This document shows positions 1 through 6,825 of a stretch of 64,000 nt of DNA, piece after piece. How positions within the stretch are numbered: the first letter of the stretch is position 1; each line of letters begins with the position of its first letter. Source of the stretch: an uncultured Acidobacteriota bacterium (GTDB taxonomy: Bacteria > Acidobacteriota > Terriglobia > Terriglobales > Acidobacteriaceae); contig CAVTLV010000001.1 in assembly GCA_963735695.1 (NCBI GenBank), positions 855,458 through 919,457 of the forward strand. The letters are read 5' to 3'. The notes below the pieces were generated by a model, which saw nothing but the letters and a program-made list of their open reading frames with translations, was not told the DNA's origin and made no database searches. A program made the translations under genes and the position numbers.

Positions 1-629
1 GCCTCGACAAGGATGATCGCGGCTTTGGGTGCGAAGACATGCGCATACTCGATATCCATCGACGACTCGACGGACCAGCCGGGGTCCGCGGCAGGCGTAG
101 TGCATGAACCGTTGCCGTTCGCATAAACCTTCACGAACGCGGGCGGGAGCAGACCCCAATAAGAATCAAAAGCCGCCAGGTCGGAATCCGCATTGGGATT
201 GTCATATGCATCGACCAGCGCAATCGCGCCGTACCCGGCAGCGGTTGGGCCACCGGAACCTGAGCTGTAGTTCGGAATGCATCCGGCACTGGCCGGGTTT
301 CCAACATAGAGGCAGCCCAGTGACTGAGGCGTCTCGGCCATTTCGGTTGTGGCGAGCGGTCCAACGAGGCTCAACGCAGCCGGACTCAACGCGGCCGGAG
401 ACTGAACCACGAGGGGCTTGCTGCCGTCAGTGCTGCGCAGAACGTAAGTGGTGTGGACCCGCCCCGCTGGTTGCGGCTTGCTGCTTTCCGGCCGGAAGAT
501 CGACCCGGCCTGTGGGGTGCGCTCGCTGGTTTGAAGAGCCTGAGGCTGCCCGCTACCTCGCGACGTTTCTTGCGCCAGGGCTCCCAGCGCTAGAGAAAAA
601 ACTGACACTGCTGCGATGATGCGTTTCAT
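1..629 (-). CDS. S53 (sedolisin/kumamolisin-like) serine peptidase, N-terminal part; the gene runs off the left edge
   Basis: Hand translation of the minus strand from ATG 629-627 gives MKRIIAAVSVFSLALGALAQ (signal peptide). Further on come GYGAIALVDAYDNPNADSDLAAFDSYWGLLP and SVESSMDIEYAHVFAPKAAIILVE, which resemble the S53 blocks around the catalytic Glu/Asp. It is absent from the ORF track because there is no stop inside the window. The listed + ORF 104-619 is Arg-rich antisense noise. Confidence 0.6.
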   Translation of the reverse strand, partial: MKRIIAAVSVFSLALGALAQETSRGSGQPQALQTSERTPQAGSIFRPESSKPQPAGRVHTTYVLRSTDGSKPLVVQSPAALSPAALSLVGPLATTEMAETPQSLGCLYVGNPASAGCIPNYSSGSGGPTAAGYGAIALVDAYDNPNADSDLAAFDSYWGLLPPAFVKVYANGNGSCTTPAADPGWSVESSMDIEYAHVFAPKAAIILVE

Positions 630-909
630 TGAATTCTCCAGTTTTTGTTTGGTGTTTGGTTCGGAGAGATTCGCTGCGCGGGGAGCCACTGCGCTTTTCC
701 GACCAACAGAACAATGGTGATAATTTTGTTAGAAACGTATCATCGATGCTGGAGTGCGTGGATTAAGGCCGCTCAGCGCTCCCTACTGCTAAAGCCGCCA
801 CGATATTGCAGCGCTCACGGCGCGGCTGAAACGCCGCGGCCCTTTCAAACGGGAACGAAAACAGACTTCTTCAGAGTCTTTCTGGCGAATTCTATCGTAG
901 TGGGCGAGC

Positions 910-3405
910 TCAGGAACCGGTGTAGAGCTGAAAGGGGGCCCAGTAAAACGGTTTATGGAAGGCGGTACTGGATCGAAGCAGCTTGAGCTTGGCATTCCGG
1001 AGAGCGGTGTCGGGAGTTTTTCCTTTTGCGAGTTCTCCGTAGAGTTCGTCCATCAGCTGGGGAGTGGAGACGTCGCTGACCTCCCACAAAGCACCGATCA
1101 CGTTGTGCGCTCCAGCGCGAAGAAATGCCCACGAAAGTCCTACGAGGCCTTCGCCGGTGTAGGCCCGTGAGCCTGCTCCGTAGCACGTCGAAATCGTGAC
1201 TAACTCTGCGTGTAACGGGTGATGAATGATGTCGCGGGCGTAGAGCTTGAAGGAATCGTCCTCGGGCCCAGACTTGGATAGTACGATGGCGGAGTCCAGC
1301 GGGCTGGTGCGACTGGCAGTCCCATGCGCAACAAAGTGAATGTAGGAAAACTGCTCCGGCTTGCCAGACAAATATGCCGTTGGCGTTGCACTATCGCGCG
1401 CGAATATTTTCTGTTGTGGTGGTGAGAAGTTTTTCTCGATACTTTCCATTTCCGCAGAGGCTTTCCGCAGTTCGGGATAATCCGGGTTCGGAGCAATAGC
1501 GTTCCCGAGCAAAAGCAAGCTGGGCGTGCGCTTGTCAGCCGCGCGAGAGGCTGCCAGCAGACGTAGCGAATTTGCATCAGCGATGGTAACGTCTTCAATC
1601 CAGTAGTGCGGAGTCGGGTCGGCAACGATTAAAGTCTCGAAGTTGAGAGTGTTCAGGCTGCCGTCGGGAATGATGATGACTTTCGCATTTTCTGCGAGCG
1701 AAGGTTTCGTCGGCATGACGAGCGTGCGGTAGAGCGTGCGTCCATCGTCATCGGCCGCTGGAAGGAATTCCTGTTGTTCAGAAAGCGCTTTGCGATAGCG
1801 GTGCACCACCGGATCGATTTCCGATTTCGGGGGCAGCGTGAACAAGCTGGTCTTTTTAGCGGTAATCACCCAGAGGTATGACTGCTTCTCGCCGAGCCAG
1901 TAAAAAAGAATCGTGCTGCCGGCGCGTCGTGCGATCTCCTGCGGGTTCAGAGCGACCGGCTTGAACGTGGTCCCTTTTTGCAAGAGACCCAAACCTTCTG
2001 CCAAGGTTCGACCACGACTGTATTCGGCCACTTGCAGAGCCTCTGTGGTCTTGCCTTTGCTCGCCAGGAAATGGATGTAGTCGTCGTAGATGCCGAGCGC
2101 GTTGGAAGGGAATGGCAACTGCAAAGCCTCGCCCTTCAGAGAAGATCGCGCTGTTTCGAAGGTGCTCAGAGCGGCACGATATTCGCGGTCTGCAGGCTGA
2201 GGCTGGTTCTCGTCTTCGTAGAGCTGCGCGAGGGAGTGCTCGGCCTCCCATTTCAAGAAGACGTGGCTCTTGGGATCCTGCTGAATCTCGCGATATATCT
2301 TCTCCGCTTGCTGAGTGTCGTGCATGCGGGCGGCGACGTGACCCTTGACCAGCAGGGGATAGAGCACATCAAGACGGTTGCCGTCTTTAGGAACGAGCGC
2401 GATGGTTTGATCGGCGTAATCGCGGGCTTGATCAAGCCTTCCCCTTCGCTCAGAGACCAAGGCTAGGGACACCAAAGCGTCGATGACATCTTGTTTGGTG
2501 GTTTGTTGTGCTAAGTCGAGAGCCTGCTTATAGTTTTGTTCGGCTTTCTCGAAGTCCTCCGCATCAAGATAGATATAGCCAGCGGTGGTGAGCCAGGTTG
2601 CCTCGTCAGTTGTTGCACCAATCTTCTGAGCGCGGTACCTCGCATCTACGAGCAGGGTTAGGGCTTTTTCGTGTTCTCCTAGTTTGTAATACGCCCAACC
2701 CTCATTGCCCAATGCGGTCTGAGCTATTCGCTCGGCTCCAATCGCCGCGGCCAGTTTGTAGGCGGCGTCGGACCAATCCATCGTCTCGTCATAGTGTTCT
2801 TGCTGCAATGCCGACCACCCAAGGTCCAACAATGCAGTGGCCTCCTTAAAGGAGCTGCTGTGCTCGCGGGCCATGATCAGAGCCTGGCCGAACAGACTCC
2901 GCGCTGCCATGAACCGGCCACGATTCATCTCCATCAAGCCGCGTTCCAGGGGTAAGTCGATGCAATCCGCGGAACTCGAGGTGCTGCAGAGTTGCTCGGC
3001 TTCCGAGAACTTTTTCTCAGCTTCGTCAAAATGTTGCAGGGAGCCATAAGCGGAACCCTCGAGCCGTGCCTTCCTTATCGCAAGGTCACCCGGCGGTGCA
3101 CTCTTCTCGGACGCTATAAGAGGTAGTACTCGATCATTCATTCCCCTCCACGAAAGCGCGTCTGCCTGCAAAAGCAGAAACCTCCAAGCCCACTCTGATC
3201 CACGATTGTGGAACTGTTTGTAGCCCGACTCTGCCTCTTGTTCAGCCTTGGCCACCTGCCCAGTTCGAAAGGAATGCATTGCGTGGTCAAAGGCGGATTG
3301 GGGATCGGGCTGTCGGCCGCAAGAAGGCGAAAAGGTGAGGAGGAAAGCCAACGACACGGATAGACAGAGGCTCGACTTGCCGCGCTGAAAGCGGGTTGCT
3401 TTCAA
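910..3405 (-). CDS. TPR-repeat protein with C-terminal CHAT (caspase-like) protease domain
   Basis: The C-terminal block IHFVAHGTA...LHAELVTISTCYGAGS...GLSWAFLRAGAHNVIGALW is typical of CHAT. It is preceded by about 500 aa of TPR-like helical repeats. The ORF-track start at 3723 would overlap the upstream gene by 289 nt. I place the start at in-frame TTG 3405, just before the hydrophobic segment SSLCLSVSLAFLLTF. The start is uncertain. Confidence 0.8.
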   Translation of the reverse strand: MKATRFQRGKSSLCLSVSLAFLLTFSPSCGRQPDPQSAFDHAMHSFRTGQVAKAEQEAESGYKQFHNRGSEWAWRFLLLQADALSWRGMNDRVLPLIASEKSAPPGDLAIRKARLEGSAYGSLQHFDEAEKKFSEAEQLCSTSSSADCIDLPLERGLMEMNRGRFMAARSLFGQALIMAREHSSSFKEATALLDLGWSALQQEHYDETMDWSDAAYKLAAAIGAERIAQTALGNEGWAYYKLGEHEKALTLLVDARYRAQKIGATTDEATWLTTAGYIYLDAEDFEKAEQNYKQALDLAQQTTKQDVIDALVSLALVSERRGRLDQARDYADQTIALVPKDGNRLDVLYPLLVKGHVAARMHDTQQAEKIYREIQQDPKSHVFLKWEAEHSLAQLYEDENQPQPADREYRAALSTFETARSSLKGEALQLPFPSNALGIYDDYIHFLASKGKTTEALQVAEYSRGRTLAEGLGLLQKGTTFKPVALNPQEIARRAGSTILFYWLGEKQSYLWVITAKKTSLFTLPPKSEIDPVVHRYRKALSEQQEFLPAADDDGRTLYRTLVMPTKPSLAENAKVIIIPDGSLNTLNFETLIVADPTPHYWIEDVTIADANSLRLLAASRAADKRTPSLLLLGNAIAPNPDYPELRKASAEMESIEKNFSPPQQKIFARDSATPTAYLSGKPEQFSYIHFVAHGTASRTSPLDSAIVLSKSGPEDDSFKLYARDIIHHPLHAELVTISTCYGAGSRAYTGEGLVGLSWAFLRAGAHNVIGALWEVSDVSTPQLMDELYGELAKGKTPDTALRNAKLKLLRSSTAFHKPFYWAPFQLYTGS

Positions 3406-3434
3406 ATAGGGAGATGAAATTTGCTGACTAGGGT

Positions 3435-4424
3435 CTATGTTCCGCCGCTGCCGCCTGCGCCTTTTCCGTTCACATTGCACGTCGCTAGCGACGCGCTGCC
3501 GGCCGCAAGGCAGCCCATTTCCAGGCGGATCATGGTGAGCTTGTACGAATTGTGATTCACCGTCAGCTCGGCGAGAAAGATGTTTCCGAAGTCGGGGATG
3601 TGAATCACGTGACCGTAGGATTTCGCTGGGGGTGGGATCTGAATGGACATCCCATCCGCAGCCTTCGCGCTGATGTTCTTGATCTCGACATTTTCGACCA
3701 ATGAACAAGTGATCCCGTCCCATTTACTGTCGCTCTTCCTTGCTGTACTCGCCTGATCCTGAATCTCAGCGTAGTTCAGATTGAAGCCATGATACTTCTT
3801 CGCCAGCAAACCGTCAGCGTCGGTGAGGCGCATTTTCTTCCGATCTTCTCCGGCCAACGATTCGAGAGTTTTTTTCAGCCTCTGGTACTGAGCCCCGACC
3901 GCGCTCATGAGGTCGGTCTTTTGATCGACGGACATCGCATCTTTGCCCGCAGGCCGTTGACCCGTGAGGTCAAGTTTCAGATAAGGCTCTGCTTTGTGGC
4001 GGGCGATCCTCAAATTCTCGAAATGCGTGCCCAGAAAAGTGACATGCGGAGAGTACTCCCCAGGGAAATGCGTGGTGGAGATTTGCGCAACGACCCGATC
4101 CGCCGTCACGACATTCAGAACATTCAAGTCCTCCACTACCGATGTCGCGAGCGTTACCGACGCACCCTCGTGCTTGTCGCTCGTGTGCCCTGAAACCTGC
4201 GTATGGGCAGCGGCGTAAGAAATGATTCCCTCCAGCCGAAAATCCTTCGCGTGCTGAGAGAAATAATTCCGTTGCGCCCGCTCTTCCTCGGGCAGGTCCG
4301 CAAGCTGACCCTCTAACTTCACGAAGGCCTGCTTCTTAATCTGCTCCTCAAACGGCAGTTTCAGCTTGCCGGCAAGGGCGTGAGCTTCCGCATGGAAATA
4401 ATGCGAGGTGCGATTGTCTTTCAT
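3435..4424 (-). CDS. hypothetical protein (329 aa), no recognisable motif and no signal peptide
   Basis: Long ORF with normal amino-acid composition. It sits 20 nt after the anti-sigma gene and about 30 nt before the CHAT gene, so it is in an operon position. The C-terminus is Gly-rich (NGKGAGGSGGT). Confidence 0.65.
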   Translation of the reverse strand: MKDNRTSHYFHAEAHALAGKLKLPFEEQIKKQAFVKLEGQLADLPEEERAQRNYFSQHAKDFRLEGIISYAAAHTQVSGHTSDKHEGASVTLATSVVEDLNVLNVVTADRVVAQISTTHFPGEYSPHVTFLGTHFENLRIARHKAEPYLKLDLTGQRPAGKDAMSVDQKTDLMSAVGAQYQRLKKTLESLAGEDRKKMRLTDADGLLAKKYHGFNLNYAEIQDQASTARKSDSKWDGITCSLVENVEIKNISAKAADGMSIQIPPPAKSYGHVIHIPDFGNIFLAELTVNHNSYKLTMIRLEMGCLAAGSASLATCNVNGKGAGGSGGT

Positions 4425-4444
4425 GAATTCCGCTCGCTCAAGAA

Positions 4445-5122
4445 TTAATTTTGAATTTGCACGTCAATCGGATGACGGCTGAGTTCTTTGCTCTCGCCGG
4501 CAGGGGTGATGCCATTTACGACGAGACTGTAGTTTCCGGATTCAAGATTATGACCCTGGACATAAATCTGCCGGGTCTCTTCGTGGGAGGCGGTTGCAAT
4601 CTGCCTCGACCACTCCTTCTTCCCCGCGGGATTATACAGGTCGGCGGTGTAGGAAGCGAATCCATCTTCCGGAGGAAGATTGACAAGGACTCCGAAGCCT
4701 TCGCCCTTGTGCAGCTTCATGGAAACCGCAGCTGGGCCGCGAGTGCTGACGTTGACGGAAGCCCAGGGGCCGACCTGAGGCTGATTCGCGGTGGCGACCA
4801 ACCTCGGATACGTGACGAAGTTCTGGTAACCGATCACAGCCAGCAGCAAGGCCAACACCGGCACAGCGAAGGCGGGGCGCAGCCAGGCAAGCCATCCAGG
4901 CTTAGCGGTTGCTGCAGCTGGAACACGGGCCACCGAAACAGCGGGAGGCTCCGCCAGAATCACTTTCGTCTGCTCGACGAACATCGCGCCCGCGCGCAGG
5001 TCGAGCGCGCAATCCTGGCAGTCAAAGAGGTGCTCCTCGAACTGATCGCGGAGTTCAGGATCGAGCTCATCCAGCAAGTATCTCTCCGTTGCGTTTTGTC
5101 GGACCGCCTCATCATGGTCCAT
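4445..5122 (-). CDS. anti-sigma factor, zf-HC2 type, single-pass membrane protein
   Basis: HLFDCQDC matches the H-x3-C-x2-C motif near the N-terminus. One TM segment is present (WLAWLRPAFAVPVLALLLAVIGY). The gene lies directly downstream of the ECF sigma gene. ATG 5122 is preferred because GAGGGGA lies 8 nt upstream. Confidence 0.8.
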   Translation of the reverse strand: MDHDEAVRQNATERYLLDELDPELRDQFEEHLFDCQDCALDLRAGAMFVEQTKVILAEPPAVSVARVPAAATAKPGWLAWLRPAFAVPVLALLLAVIGYQNFVTYPRLVATANQPQVGPWASVNVSTRGPAAVSMKLHKGEGFGVLVNLPPEDGFASYTADLYNPAGKKEWSRQIATASHEETRQIYVQGHNLESGNYSLVVNGITPAGESKELSRHPIDVQIQN

Positions 5123-5168
5123 GTCGATTCCCCTCATAACAAATAGTGTTTTGGGGCACAAAATCGTT

Positions 5169-5762
5169 TCAGCGTTTTTCGATGGCCACAGCTCCCGGCG
5201 GTCGAGCCGCTACATTCTTTAAATACAGGGACTTGAACGACAGTTTTGCCCGGTGCAGCAGCACCCGGAGGTAGTCGCGGTCGACGCCAAAGTCACGGCA
5301 AACGTCATCTTTGTCGCGTTCCTCAAGGAAAATCTCCCGCAACAGCCTTCGATCTCGCTCGGGCATTTCCTCCAGGATCTCGCGAATCTTTTCTCCCATT
5401 TGTTTGGCAGCAACGGCACCAAGAACGTCCACATTCGTAGCAGGAAAGTCCTGTTGCTCTTCGTCGTCCAACGAACTGTCGCGCGACGATGCCCGATAAT
5501 GTTCGAGTAAGACGTTGTTGCACATGGAGTTGACGAAAGCGCCGAGCCGTTCGGGCTGGCGAATCTTTCCGCCCCGCAGGGCAGCAAAAACGCGAGTGAA
5601 GGTTTCCTGTCTGACGTCCTCAATCGCCTGCGGTGAATGGAGGCGGGAGCGCAGTTTCAGCTGGATCAATTCGCTGAAGTAAGCCACGAAGTGTTCCTGC
5701 GTGCGGAAGTCTCCTGCCTGAAGACGCTCGACGTAAGATTCGTCAAAGGACTGGAGTTGCAA
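5169..5762 (-). CDS. ECF-type RNA polymerase sigma-70 family factor
   Basis: A region 2-like segment (DVRQETFTRVFAAL) and a region 4 segment (MPERDRRLLREIFLEERDKDDVCRDFGVDRDYLRVLLHRAKLSF) are present, and a zf-HC2 anti-sigma gene follows. Confidence 0.85.
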   Translation of the reverse strand: MQLQSFDESYVERLQAGDFRTQEHFVAYFSELIQLKLRSRLHSPQAIEDVRQETFTRVFAALRGGKIRQPERLGAFVNSMCNNVLLEHYRASSRDSSLDDEEQQDFPATNVDVLGAVAAKQMGEKIREILEEMPERDRRLLREIFLEERDKDDVCRDFGVDRDYLRVLLHRAKLSFKSLYLKNVAARPPGAVAIEKR

Positions 5763-5881
5763 GGAACGGGCCTCGCGGATGCTGGAGTGGGAGTTAGTTT
5801 AGCACTTCAAACGGAAAGGAGGGAGCAGACACGTCCCGTGTAACGAAACGGCCGAAAGTCGCACTATTCTCGAAGAAGGCG

Positions 5882-6184
5882 ATGAGACCTAGCGCTACAA
5901 TTCGAGGACGATCCGTGACTCACCCGTGTTCGCTACGCGCCAGGAAACCTGCTTCAGGATTGCAGCGGCCAGGGGCTTTTCAGTGCACGATCCTCAGAGC
6001 TCTTGAACTGCCCCGAGCTCATCGAGAGGTGTTTCTGTTGAAAGAGATCCAGGGACATACTCTGACCGAGATCGCGGCCTTTCTCGGAATCAGCATCGAC
6101 ACCGCGCGGGTGAGATGGAAGCGCGCCCGCCGTGAAATCGGTCACCTGGGAGATTCCGACGACGTTATGGAACGTGCGCAGTGA
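5882..6184 (+). pseudogene. sigma-70 region 4-only fragment (N-terminally truncated ECF sigma remnant)
   Basis: ILRALELPRAHREVFLLKEIQGHTLTEIAAFLGISIDTARVRWKRARREI is a clear region 4.2 HTH. The 35 aa upstream show no region 2, and I saw none in the other frames. About 640 bp of apparently non-coding DNA follows. Confidence 0.55.
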
Positions 6185-6597
6185 CCGGTCTTGTGCATTC
6201 GCTCCAGCGAATCTGGCCCGCGAAAAACCGCGTCCCCCATCAAACCGGGTGGGGGACACGCGGTTCTCTGCTGAACGTGACCGAGGAAGCCACGCTGGTT
6301 GGCTCGGCGTATGAGGGCGTTCTCGCCTTCACTGAATTGGCCCGACAAAGCGCGCCGACCCTTCTACTGATCGTCTGGAACATCTTCCGGTAGTCCCTTT
6401 CCTCTCAACACCCCCGCGGGCATCCGACAATACTCTCCGAAGTGCGGCAGAAGTTGGCATCTTCGCCTGGACCTTGCGACGGGCATTCATCAATACATAG
6501 TTGTGAGGAGTAAATCAGTCCGGCGTGCCTTGTGGAAATTTACCGCGGGGATGTTTTTAGAGAAATGGCGGATTAAGCAAAGATATGTATTGGCGGG

Positions 6598-6648
6598 AAA
6601 AACCCCGAAGATCGCCGGAACCGCTTCCCCGTTCGGTTCCGGCGATCT
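6598..6648 (-). terminator. candidate intrinsic terminator downstream of the phosphorylase gene
   Basis: Perfect 14-bp inverted repeat AGATCGCCGGAACC (6609-6622) / GGTTCCGGCGATCT (6635-6648). On the minus strand it is followed by TCGGGGTTTTT. It lies about 180 nt after the stop at 6826. Confidence 0.45.
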
Positions 6649-6825
6649 GAAGTGCCCAAGCTTCCCCCCGGTTGCCAAAGGCCTTCCATGTCGGGGATTT
6701 CGTGAATGAGCGGCAGGCGCCACACAAGGTGACTTCTACCGCTCATTTGAGTAGTGCAGGAATCGAGCGTTTCGTTTCAGGAGAAACAAAAAGAATCAGC
6801 TCGACTGTCAGAAGGCCTTTGGTGA

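Noticed and set aside
104-619. 171-aa + strand ORF at the left edge
   Set aside because: It has an Arg/Cys/Pro-rich, non-protein-like composition. The opposite strand encodes a convincing signal peptide plus S53 peptidase motifs.
3406-3723. Longest-ORF start (3723) for the CHAT gene
   Set aside because: It would overlap the upstream 329-aa gene by 289 nt and adds an Arg-rich, implausible N-terminus. An in-frame TTG at 3405 directly precedes a signal-like segment.
3435-4424. Idea that the 329-aa protein is a bacterial gasdermin paired with its CHAT protease
   Set aside because: The gene order is suggestive, but I cannot see any gasdermin-like sequence feature. The protein is longer than typical bacterial gasdermins. 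The CHAT protein looks exported while this protein has no signal peptide. There is not enough evidence to claim it.
4451-5146. 231-aa + ORF antisense to the anti-sigma gene; similar antisense ORFs at 7252-7932, 13520-14200, 15553-16194, 16473-17108, 55573-56172 and 56516-57190
   Set aside because: Each lies opposite a gene with clear family motifs and has skewed (Arg/Ser/Pro/Gly-rich) composition, which is typical of shadow ORFs in GC-rich DNA.
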